A stretch of 64,000 nucleotides of DNA from Hamiltosporidium tvaerminnensis FI-OER-3-3 (lineage: Eukaryota > Fungi > Microsporidia), in NCBI GenBank assembly GCA_022605425.2, contig CM061252.1:124001-188000 (forward strand), given 5' to 3'. Shown here one piece after another: positions 27,142-38,497 of this stretch. The stretch's first letter is position 1. Each line of letters begins with the position of its first letter. Under the pieces are notes generated by a model that saw nothing but the letters and a program-made list of their open reading frames with translations, was not told where the DNA came from and did no database searches. The translations under genes and the position numbers were made by a program.

Positions 27142-27849
27142 GAGAGAGGGAGAACAACATCTTAAAAAACTTTCTGCTTGGCAATGAGTCTGTGAAAATG
27201 GTGTGTGAATCATTTTTTGAGTTTTTCATTAAAATAAAACAACACTAAATCTTTGGTTGTTTTATTGGGGTTTGTTTGACGATGAGAAGGTCTAAGAAAT
27301 GGCGACACTTTTTTTACAAATTTATTTGTAGTTTTTCATGTTACAAGATTGCAGATCTCAACTGAACATGTAGGTAATTGCCATGTAAAAGGATGAAAAC
27401 CTAGCCTTGCTCACTCCGGTTAGAAGACTTGGCACCTAGGAGATATGAAAAATCCTCCCATTAGAAGCTGGGAGACCAAGTAGCAGGTTATAGCTGTTGG
27501 TATGCCATTTTCCTGTCTAGGTGAATCTCATGTAAGTCTCTGATATATATTTTTAGAAGTTTATTTGGTTTAGAAAGTGTAGAGTAAGTGGGAATGCTGG
27601 GTAGTCTTGGATGAGGCTTCGATACTCACTCCATGTAACGCAGATTACCGAACTCAGGCAACTGACCTACATATTATTAGATTCTACACTCCCTGGTAGA
27701 AGAAATGTTTCAGAGTAGGTATCTTGGAGGTACCTATCGAGTGATATTAAATCAGTTATTCATTTTAAACCTAGAACTGCGTTTATGTCCATGAAAACAA
27801 ATATAAAACTTGCCGACTGTTTTCCAAAGCGTGATATTTTTAAATAAAC
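27142..27849 (+). repeat. ~730-bp dispersed non-coding element, copy E
   Basis: Reverse-complement homologue of 34478-35207 over its full length. Strand is given for the orientation starting GGAGGGAG and ending TAAATAAA. Confidence 0.9.
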
Positions 27850-28087
27850 CTTTTTGTGGTCTAAATAGCCGATTACAAATTTGATTAAAATATAAACTTC
27901 CAAGAAGTTAATGATTATCTTTTTTGTATTATTTGTAATAGTTATTGATATTTGTCAGGGAATAGCAGGAAATGTGTTTTTATATTTAAACTTTTGTTTT
28001 GTATTTTTTTTCTCATAAAATATGAGTGAACTGGTATTTAGAAATAAAAAAATCGAATCATATTATATCAAAATATTTATATGATTA

Positions 28088-28732
28088 CTAGCTTACCCGA
28101 CGCGCGCTGCTGCGATTATAAAAGAAAGTGGATTCCGGTATAATAGAAAAAAAATACATTAGTTTATTGATTTAATTGGATTTGTTTATTTTTTCGAGGC
28201 TTTTAAACATTTATACCCTTTGTTTTTGTTCTGGTGTCTTTACGAAAAAATCAGAAGAGATTTTCACGAATGAAGTTGGTACATAGACTTTTCATATGGA
28301 AAGCATTTTTAACCAAATCTATTCTACACACTGCAGCTTTTACATTTGTGCGTTTTATGTTCTTTCAAAGATAAGTCTCAAAGAAACTTTTTTAAACGGA
28401 TATTCCGTTTAAACTGTTGAAATGTGTCGGAACAGTAAATTCCCCATTAATAATACTCGTATATTATCAACACACTTTAACATACAGCAATCTATGATAA
28501 CAACCAGTTAGCCTAATATAGATTTACTAACACATTTAAAATACTAATTTATATATTAACACCATTTAAATTCAAACACTCTTATTAACACATTTTAATA
28601 CAAATCCGATAATAAACTCTTTAGTTAATCTAACTTCATGATGAAAACAATACCTCTTTATATAAATAAAAAAACTCTTTATTTACAACCTTTAAACACA
28701 GACGCATACATTCATTTTTATATATGTATAGA
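28088..28732 (-). mobile_element. Non-autonomous Helitron (internally deleted) with PIF1-helicase C-terminal relic
   Basis: Minus strand reads A|TCTATACATATATAAAAATG...CGCAGCAGCGCGCGTCGGGTAAGCTAG|T: 5'-TC, GC-rich subterminal palindrome, 3'-CTAG, A/T target with no TSD. Internal decayed (F..TINK.QG.TL..VGIDL..F)-like sequence at ~28290-28420. Confidence 0.85.
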
Positions 28733-28912
28733 TTAAAACCTCTAAATTAGGTATCCTATTTGTTTAACCAAAAATGGTATATTATATGATCAATTGGTTT
28801 CTTGATTTCGGTATTTTTTTGAAATTTTTAACAAAAATATAAAGTAAAAACAAAAAATGATGCCAATATAAATTTAAATGGATTTTTGAAAGTGAATTGG
28901 AAATTTTAAAAT

Positions 28913-29584
28913 TTAATACAAATCTTTTTTATGTATGTGTAAATCGTTTATAGCAATATATTCGATTATTTCCTGACATTTTATAATTCTAGATAAAATT
29001 GCCCAACTAAATGATACTGCATCAACATTATTGTTTGATAATTCTTTGGTTAAATATAATGATAACTTCTCGTAAGACTCATATATATGATATATTTGGA
29101 TTTCTATATTTTTTATTTCTTGATTTGAAAATAATTTGTGCTTAAGCTCAATTTCTCGAAGAAATCGATTTTTGGTGTAATTCAAAAAATTAAACGATTT
29201 GCATTTCAGTCTATTATTTTCTTTTGATAATATTTTCGTGTTTTTAGATTTTAAAGTCTCGATCAAATGAAAAATATTTTTTTCGAATTTTTTATTCATT
29301 TCTACTGATTTTCTATAGAATGAATTTATATTTTTTTCAATATATAAGATTCTTTTTTTATTCGACTTAGAATCACGAATGTTATTATATTTCCTAAATT
29401 TATCAAATAACAATTTAAAATTCTCTAAAATATGAAATATTTGTTTCTCGAGTTTTATATAACTGTGACTTTCTAAAAGTACATTAAAATTATGATTATC
29501 ATGGTATTTTTCATTTTTATAAGGATTATAGATATTTTTGGACTTTATAAGTATAAAGATATGTACGATACAAACTGAATACAT
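28913..29584 (-). CDS. Hypothetical 223-aa protein, possibly secreted
   Basis: ATG ORF, long for this composition, with a hydrophobic N-terminus; no recognised domain. Confidence 0.55.
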   Translation of the reverse strand: MYSVCIVHIFILIKSKNIYNPYKNEKYHDNHNFNVLLESHSYIKLEKQIFHILENFKLLFDKFRKYNNIRDSKSNKKRILYIEKNINSFYRKSVEMNKKFEKNIFHLIETLKSKNTKILSKENNRLKCKSFNFLNYTKNRFLREIELKHKLFSNQEIKNIEIQIYHIYESYEKLSLYLTKELSNNNVDAVSFSWAILSRIIKCQEIIEYIAINDLHIHKKDLY

Positions 29585-30299
29585 ATTTGTGAATACATAT
29601 GTGTATTTATAGTTTTACAAGCTAAAATTTGATTTGTTCAATCTTATTTTTTCAAAAATCAAACTTTAAGTTAATTAAACAAGATCAAGATTTTTAGGCT
29701 AAATTAAGTTAAAATATGTTATTCTACTGGTTTCAAAAAAATAATTTACGATCATAAGTGATAAATTATATTCTAGAATCTTTATAATTTTAATATTTAT
29801 AATAATATTTTATTAGATATCTGAAGATTCAAACTAATTATACAACTAAATCATACAAATTTTGTAAAATCAGTTTTTTTTTGAAACAGCTTGATTCATT
29901 TATACATTAGTTTATAATTTATCAGGGCTTTTTATATTGGGAAAAATGAAACGAAGATTATAATCAATATATGTACTTAACGATCAAATATAAAATATTC
30001 GTTTTTCTTCGAAGTCTTTACGATTTATTTTATAATAGTAATGTATTCAAATTGATATTTGTTACTTGTATTTTCCTTTTGATTCTAATTTTTTTTCTCT
30101 CTTCAACTATCGAAAAAAAAATTCCGAAAAAAGAAAAAAATTTGGTAAAGCAAATAGACCAAATCATACATAATAGCTATAATACACCGAATATTGAATT
30201 TAAGCTATGGTGTGTTTCCAAAGACTCTACACAATATATTAAAACTTTCTTGGTTAACTCAATAAAAATTGCATTTCACTTTTAAACACTAAACGAGCA

Positions 30300-30960
30300 T
30301 AAATACAACAACCTGATTGAGTTAAAATATACTCAATAAGTATGATTTTTTCTTTCAGATTTTTCTACATGGGAACTATCGAAAAAAATATCCAATATTT
30401 GTAGTAAATCTATTTCGCAAAAAAACGGCCAAATGTTCTAGAAATTATAATAATAGGCGAGATTACGAAAACAAGGTTCCTCCTAATCGTTTTTCATCTG
30501 AGAAGGTAAGGTTTCGAAGAAAACCTTAAAGAGCTGGACATACGCTCATAGATAGTTGCACGATAATTTTGCACCTACTTTAACTTTCCTAGTACCTCAA
30601 AATTTTAATTACTTTAATGAAAAAAATAAGACAAGAAGAGAACGAGGGCTACGAGAATCGTCATATGGCTTTCTATCTGTATTTCCAGTTTGACAGAAAT
30701 TAATTAACTCATTCATGAACACATTTGAGAGAGCAAATAAATCACGGAAAGGAAATTTTAAAAGTCTTCTATAGCCTTTAAATTTCAAGGAATTGAGCAT
30801 CATAAAGTGCTAGATTGCTTGAATAGACAAAACTATAAATAAAAATATACTCAAAAGATTCAAATATGATGTCTCTGAACCACTGTTCCTGTTTTTGACC
30901 GAATTTTTTAAGCAACTGACTCGCTACGATTTTTTAGGAGTAGTATAGGTTTATTGTCTT
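30300..30960 (+). mobile_element. Possible decayed non-LTR element fragment (pre-RT region)
   Basis: Weak similarity to 41700-42030 (GAGAATC.TCATATG...; D..FFK.L-like remnant). Confidence 0.3.
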
Positions 30961-30980
30961 AAGTAATAAATTTAAAGGTG

Positions 30981-31701
30981 TTTTTGAAATATCACATCTT
31001 TTAAAAAACAGTTGTAATTGTTATATTATTTTCATGAAATTAATGCAGTTCTAAGGTTAACATAAATAACTGCTAACCAACACTAGACTGGAGCCTTCTA
31101 AGATACCTACATACTAAAACATTTTGTCTAAAATGTGTTTAGAACCCAAATAACGGGTATAGAAGTTGTTTAGTGTTTTTTAATGTCAGTTGAATGGTGT
31201 GTGATCGTAGATTGAAACCTACCCTGGACTCCCCAAAGACTATGTACGATTTATACATGCTCTAACCATTCGGAGCCTAAAAACTCTCCGCCAAAATATA
31301 TTTCGGCGACTTACATGAGGTTTACCTAGACAGCATAATCTCATTCTGACAGTATAACATGCTAATTGTTTTCCTGGCTCAAAAGAGTTTTGATTACATC
31401 TCCTAGGAGTTAAGTACTCTGATCAAGGTTAGCAAAGCTAGGGTTCTATACTTTTAGATGGAAATTATCGGCAAGCTCAGCTGCGGTCTGCAATCCAATT
31501 TAATAAAAAAACACGAAAATATATTTACATAAGAAGTTTCATTATTTTGTAGACCTCTTCCTCTTATTAGAAAACCCATGAAACGTTCGAAAATATAGTG
31601 TGGTTTATTTCACATTAAAAATACAAACAATTATCTTCCTACCTATTTCACATAGCCATTGGCAAGTATATAGTTTTTCATGCTGTTATCTTCTTTTGCC
31701 C
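30981..31701 (-). repeat. ~730-bp dispersed non-coding element, copy D (diverged)
   Basis: Collinear with copy A: aatatcacatc, gttctaaggttaacataaataactgcta, tcagctgcggtctgcaatc, cattggcaag. Confidence 0.85.
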
Positions 31702-31730
31702 TTTAAATTAAAAAATGTAGCAGTTCATAA

Positions 31731-33822
31731 TTCCCCCATGTCCATTACCCCTTGACATTTTTAATACACCCTTTCTTTATTTTCGATATATTTATAAACC
31801 CTTTATATACTATTCTTTCATCTTTATAGTCCCAGATTAAAATATGAATATTTTTTTTTAAATATAATGGGTTCAAGCGAAATAAATGTGTATATAATCT
31901 TAACTTTATTTTCCCCTGCAAAAATATTTATCGTTATAATTTTAAAAATAAACAGATTTCCTTTTATGTTAGCATTTCTTATTTGGAAAATATGACTTCT
32001 TAAAAAAAACATATGAAAATTATATCTGCTTTATTACCCTTTTAAAACAGATCTATTTAACCATTATTATTTTAAATTCTACCGTATTAGTAATTGAAAT
32101 ATTCAGTTACTCTAAAGACAGAATCATTATAAGGAAAATCAAACGAAGCGGGTTTAATCTTTGTATTCATGTCAAAATCTTTTTATATCAAAACCCTATC
32201 ACCAGTAAGAAGATTTCTTTTAATTTTATTTGAATCTTTACATTCTATGATTCTTGTTTTATATTCTTCAAAATCCCTACATACTTCTTATCATTTTCAA
32301 TATTCTTATCAATGTTGGAAGCGGTGATTCTTGAAGTTGAAGCAAGATATCAAGATGCATTTACAATATTATATATTTCATTCACATTCTCTAAATATCA
32401 CTGCGTATATTCCTGATCATGGTTATTTAATGTTAATACCCCATAAATGATTTTTCGACTGATACTAATCATTATTTATTTCCATGTCACTATACTACCA
32501 GAAAACGTATTATTAAATCCAAGTTGACCGAAAAAAAGTTGAAATAGTGTTTTGTTTGTGACACTATATATTCTTCTAATATAAGCCTATATAACATCAT
32601 TATTAAAATCTATCCACTTTTTTAGACGAGTAACATATAATTTATTTACTAACCACCTTTTAATTGTTTGATTTTTCGTTCAACTTGTCTTTAGGCTTTT
32701 GTATTACGTGATCTACTATGTATTATTTGTATTATGAGAGCAGTGAAATATGTTTGCAGTAATTTTTTTTTTAAATTCTTCACCATTGTAAAACTGAATC
32801 GCTACTGTAAAACAAAATTATTCAATAAGGATTTCAATGAATCTTTTACCTGCCGTGGTGTTTTTTTGATCATCTTAAAAACACCAGAAATGCTTTGTAT
32901 AAGTGTTGATTAGGTTCAGAGTTCAACATTAGCCATCATTTTTATCTCTGTATCTTCTATGATCTATATGAAAAATCATAAATAAGTTATATTTTTGGTA
33001 ATATTGATCATATCTATTGAGTGATCTTTCTTAAATAAATTAAATATACTACAGACACTCTGGCGTATTGCACATTCCTTTATGTTTGTTTTAGGAATCT
33101 CATAATATTTTTATTCTCATAAACTAATTTTATTAATTCAGAATGTGCTACCGAGTGTTTTGTTTAATTATACCTTTGATCATCACCTTTTCTAATTGAA
33201 AAACCCACCTTAGCATTTGTTCGTGCCCTTTGAAGCAAATATCATCTCCAAATATTATAAATTATTTGACTTTCTTCTCCGGAGTCTTTTATCTTGTTTG
33301 CTTTAGTTAGGTGGATACTGCCCGATCTTCCAAAAAGTCAACAGAATATCTTTTTTTTGCTTGTTTTGGCAAATTACAATCTTGTCATCTGGCCTACAAT
33401 ATTTTTTTTGCTATTAGTAAAATAAAAACTAAAAAAACAAGAAATATAGAGTTATATTATAGTAAACATTTATATTATTTATAAAATCATTTGTTCAGAA
33501 ATTAGCTACTTTATAAAGATTATTCCACTTTAAAGTAATTGTTCAAACTATAATTCAAAACTATAGCAAGTCCTAAAAGTTTGCATAACATTGTTTGTAT
33601 ATAAAATACATGTTAATCCTTTAGATTCGAATAATATAGTTTAGCTTTATAAATATAGGAAATAACATTGAGCAATAGATGGTGGGATAAATACGAAATA
33701 ACTCGGTAAAATATAGGATAGCGAATTTAATCAAAAATCATAATTTTTTATTAGATAAAGGGTATTTTTTAGCTATCAAAATGTATTAGGAATAACGGGT
33801 ACATTATGGACATGAGTGGGCA
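31731..33822 (-). mobile_element. Candidate decayed TIR DNA transposon (possibly Mutator-like)
   Basis: Imperfect inverted termini: CATGTCCATTACCC..ACATTTT..ACCCTTT (31738-31773) versus AAAGGGT..AAAATGT..GGGTACATTATGGACATG (33757-33814). Decayed coding-like interior with a YF..TW..W-like remnant at ~32480-32550. Confidence 0.35.
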
Positions 33823-34477
33823 CTTTAGACCGTAACATTTAATATTAATGCTTTCATAAGATATTTGTTATTGAGTATTTGACTGTGATGGCATATTTTG
33901 TCGCTTGAAACGTCATTTTAAATAAATTTTTTATCGAAAAATTTTAAACCTTTTCAGTTATTGCACCTAGGCTTTACATTGTATATTCTTACATTTCAAC
34001 AACTGTTTTTTAGTTTTTATATAAATTTATTTGTAATAAAGTACACAAGCAAAAAGAATAACCGTCAGTTAATGAAATATCATTCTAATTCTAAGAATAA
34101 TCTAATTTTGTTATTTTTATTGAGAGAAATTCTGCAAAAAATAAAAGAATTTTATTTTTAAAGAAATTCTTATATAAAACCTAAAGGAAATCTAAGTAAC
34201 AGTCAATTATTGATTCTTAAAACTACAAAAAATGATCAACGTCGAAAAAAATATTCGTTCATTTAAATTCTTAAAATAGTATTTTTATTCAATAAAATTT
34301 GACGTTTAGAAATACAACAATTTTTCCTACTTACACCCTTTAATTTACAAACTTCTAAAACATTTTTAAAATTTTGATTAATTGTGATTTTAGGACAAAT
34401 CATTTTCGACGTTTTTTGAAAAAAATCAAATTTTTTTTAACTAAAAACCAAAATAGTAAATTAATCTTAAAACTATA

Positions 34478-35207
34478 CTTTATTTAAAAATATCACATCT
34501 TTTTACAATAGTGGCAAGTGTTATATTTGTTTTCATGACATTAACCCAGTTCTAGGTTTAACATAAATAACTGCTACCCCAACACTCCATCGGTAACCCC
34601 TGCGATACCTACGTCCCAAAGCCTTTCATCTACCAGGTGTGTAGAACCTAATTAATAGGCGAGGCAGTTGCCCGGTGTTCGTTAATGTCCGTTGCATGGA
34701 GTGTGATCGAAGGCCGAAGCCCCCCCTGGGCTCCCCCAAGACTATGCAGCATTCCCACTTACTCTACACTTTCTGAACCCAATAAACTTCTAGCTAAGAT
34801 ATATTTCAGAGACTTATATGGGGTCCACCTACACAGTGCAATGTCATACCAACAGGTATAACCTGCTACTTAGCTCTCCCGGCTTTTAATGGGTTTTATT
34901 TTTATATCTCCCAGGCGCTAAGTCTTCTAACCCGAGTGAGCAAGGCTAGGTTTCCATGCTTTTACATGGCGATTACCTACATGTTCAGCTGCGGTCTGCA
35001 ATCTGGTTACATAAAAAACTACAAATAAATTCGTAGAAAAAGTTTCACCATTTCTTAGACATCTCCTCCTCATAACAACTCCCATGGAACAACCGAAGAT
35101 GTAGTGTGGTTGTATTCCCACCAAAAATCCAAACAATGATCTCACACCAGTTTCACACACTCATTGCCAAGCAGAAAGTTTTTTATGTGGTTATCCTCCC
35201 TCCACCT
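34478..35207 (-). repeat. ~730-bp dispersed non-coding element, copy A, with 11-bp target-site duplication
   Basis: Flanked by direct repeat TTAAAACTATA at 34467-34477 and 35208-35218; highly similar to copy B. Confidence 0.93.
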
Positions 35208-35243
35208 TTAAAACTATAAATACGTATTTTTTTCTAAAATTTA

Positions 35244-37517
35244 TGAAATTTAATCTGTACTTCCATCTCATAACGTTATTATACAAACCACTTATTTTTG
35301 TGTTTATCGATCATTCGAGTGAAAGAGATATTATATTTAATGTTGTAAAAAAAATGAAGAGTCGTACATAGCTTCAATTAATAATGAACTCAAACTCGAA
35401 TGTCTATGTCAAATCAAAAGAGATGAGACTAATGAAACTGACGAAAAAAACTGTTTAGAAAGATTGTTTGTTAGAGATTCAAATAGGCAACATGAACAGT
35501 ATTGTATAGAATTTATTGAGAGAACTGGTCTTAAGTTTGATATATTTGAAAGGTTTAACAATATGAATAATAATATAGAAATATATCTCTGTCATCATAA
35601 TAAGAAATCTGATTTTTTGATATTCTATGAGTTTATAATTTCATATTATTTACCGGTACATAAAATGACACTTAAGAAGTTTTACACAATCTTGTATTTT
35701 TTAGAATATTTTAGAGTTCAATGTGATAATAAATTGAGGAATGCGGTTAAAAATATTTTGTGTTCTTTGGTTGAGTCTGATGAAATGAATAATTTCGAAA
35801 TAAAAAACGAATCGTTTCATTTTTCAACGCAACGCTATTTCTCACATGCTTTATTAAAAACAATATCACAAGAATATTTAAAACTACTGAATAACGGAAA
35901 AGATTTAAAATTTTCGTTTTTTATAAAAGAACATGAATTTTATAATTCTAATATAATCAATGAATATAATGGGATATTTACAGAAGATAAAAAACATACT
36001 TTAGTAATTAATGACGAATTTGATACATTTTTTGACAAAAAAGTGGTTGCGAATTATAAAAGTCACTGTTTATTTTTAATGTTTCAAAATACATTAGATA
36101 TAAAGTATTTGCATATAAACGATTTAAACAGAAAGAATTCAAAGAGTTTTTGTTTTATTTTACAAAATTTAAAAAAGATGGTTGATGAGATTGTATTCTT
36201 TAGGTGTAACATATATGATGGTGTCATTTGTTCTCTAAATGCAAATTTAAATTTTGAAAGTTTGAAAAAGATGGTTTTTATTGAATCTAATTTTGATACA
36301 GTTTTCATATTTACAGAGCATTTAAGTAAAATAGAGGAATTTATATTTTATAAATATAAGAATTATGAAAGACGTCATATTGCTGGAATCAAAGAAGGGG
36401 ATCTTAATATAGCAGAGTTTATAATACAAAGTCTGAGGCATAAGCACCAAAAACGTTCCTCCATCAAAAAATCTATCAAGAAAGATAACAAAATACCAAA
36501 AAAAAATAAAGATTTCTATTTTAAATTACTTAATGAAGACAAATTTAGAGATAAAGTTAAAATAACTGAAAATTTTAAATGCATGTATAAGAATTTTGAT
36601 GTAGAGTGTTTTTATGAGTATAAAGGGTGTTTTAATAATATTTCAATTACTTTCAAAATTTTAAAAAAGAAACAGTTTTTTATAACAGAAAATACTATTT
36701 TAGAAGAAAATATAAAATATATTAAAATTTCATATTCTGAAATAAAATCTGATTTTCTAAAAGATATTTCAAATATAAACGAATCTATAAAATATTTTAA
36801 ATTCTGCGTCCATAATCGCAATAATCTTTATTTGATTTTTTCAAAATTGATAGGTATGATGATAGGTCTTCAAGAAATATACTTTCTTAAAACAAACATT
36901 ATAAAGTTAAACCGTTCAGTGGATCAAAGTTTTTATATTTCAGAGATATTTATTTCGAGGATTGATAGAATGATTAAATTATTGCAACTTCTGCTAAGAA
37001 TGAAAAATTTGATTTTAATGTCACAAGTAAAGCTAAAGCAGATTTGAATTTATATCTAAGTCCTTTAAAGTTTTTATTTCAAAACTATGAAACAAGCAGT
37101 ATAAAGAAACTAAGTATTGTAAATTTTTGCATCAATAATTCAAATGTAGAAGCATTTAGTACTTTATTAAGTCTAAAAGAATTAAAAATTAATAAAATTA
37201 ATTTTGAAAATATTAGTTTTTCGGAATTGTTTTGCGCTAAACAAGAATATAAAATCAATAGAATGACTTTAGAGGAAATAAATATATCAGAAAATGATTT
37301 AATATTTATTGCAAATTTAAAGAAGATTGAATATATCAAATTTGTATCATGTTATATACATGGAAAGACTTACCGTTTGATAGAATTTTTATTTGTTAAT
37401 GATAATTACATTGAACTGAAATATAATACACAAAAGGATAATATACCAGAAGAAACTATTAAATTTATTAAAGAGAAATTTAATACGAAGATATTGTTAC
37501 AAAGTAGGAGAAGATAG
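35244..37517 (+). pseudogene. Frameshifted member of a lineage-expanded secreted/LRR-like family
   Basis: ORFs 35464-37047 and 37044-37517 have LxxLxI repeats and resemble the C-terminus of 59456-61771 (SELF..Y.I....L.EI.IS..D..FIA.L). Probable ATG and signal segment near 35244 in a broken frame. Confidence 0.7.
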
Positions 37518-37974
37518 GGCTTCGAAAATATTTAAATAAATTTGTGCCTTTTAAAATTATATTTAAATTTACAGGTTTTAATAATTTAAATAAAAATTTA
37601 ACGATATTTTTGATTTTGAGTCAATATTTAAATTTAATCTGTAGAAAAAACAGAAGTATGGCTATAATCAGTTTTCTAATAATATTTATTAAAATTTTTT
37701 ATCAGCTACTTCTTTTCAATATGTATGACACACAGTCTATATGTGAATCGAAGCTTTGTTACTTTTTTTAAGGTGTGTCTTATGAAATTTTAATTGAGTA
37801 GATAAGATAGGTTTTTTCTAAAAGCAAATTTTTCTTATTCATTGAAAAAAAAGTTTCATAGACGAAGATGGAACCGTTCTCTGTTTGGAATTTCTAACAT
37901 ATTGACACTTTATCTCTTTGAAGGTAGTGATGTTTTCATTTTTTTTTTAAAAAAATAATTTATTTAAAGGCTTA

Positions 37975-38187
37975 TGAGGGACAATTGCATATAAAAGTAT
38001 CTGCCTGGTAACTAGTATGTATTGGTGATAAGGAAATTTTTGTTTGGATTTTTGATACGAATAATAAACAGGCTATATCTTTGACCATTTCATAAAATTT
38101 GTATGAGGAAAAGATGATCTGCAAAATCATGTGACTTTTTTTCATACGAAAAAGTAGTAGTTTTTTATGTGGTTATCCTCCCTACAC
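37975..38187. repeat. Two short end fragments of the 730-bp element in opposite orientations
   Basis: 37975-38060 resembles GAGGG..TAAAA..TCTGC.TGG.AA..TTGTTTGGATTTTTG; 38158-38187 is GTTTTTTATGTGGTTATCCTCCCTACACC. Confidence 0.6.
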
Positions 38188-38497
38188 CGGTATGAGTAAT
38201 TATCTATGTTAAACATAGAATTTCTTAATTTCATGAAAACAATATAACACATGTCATAGTTCCAAAAAAAATAAAAATCATAAAGAAAACAGAGAATAAT
38301 TATAGAAAAAACAAAATATGAGATAAAAAATAAAAAAAAAAGGCAAAACCAAAGAATCAACGCTTTTAACAAACACATACCTCATCTAATACCTCATATA
38401 CCATCTCATAATCTATTCATTAAACTTTCTTATTAATTTCCTATATAGCCTAACAAATATCTAAAACTCTCATACCAATCCTGATACCTCCCCCTTC

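Noticed and set aside
29971-30285. 104-aa ORF with a hydrophobic segment
   Set aside because: Low-complexity AT-driven composition, no motif, and adjacent to decayed element sequence; cannot be supported as a gene.
34927-35160. 77-aa ORF (and 65-aa ORF at 56166-56363) inside the 730-bp element
   Set aside because: Non-ATG starts, shared only by the two most similar copies and not reported in C, D, E or F; explained by nucleotide identity rather than coding selection.
34478-35207. 730-bp element as group II intron, RNase P/MRP, telomerase RNA or tRNA-SINE
   Set aside because: No GUGYG start or convincing domain V, no complete P4 consensus, only a lone CTAACCC, and no clear B box. Not excluded without a covariance-model search, but unsupported by eye.
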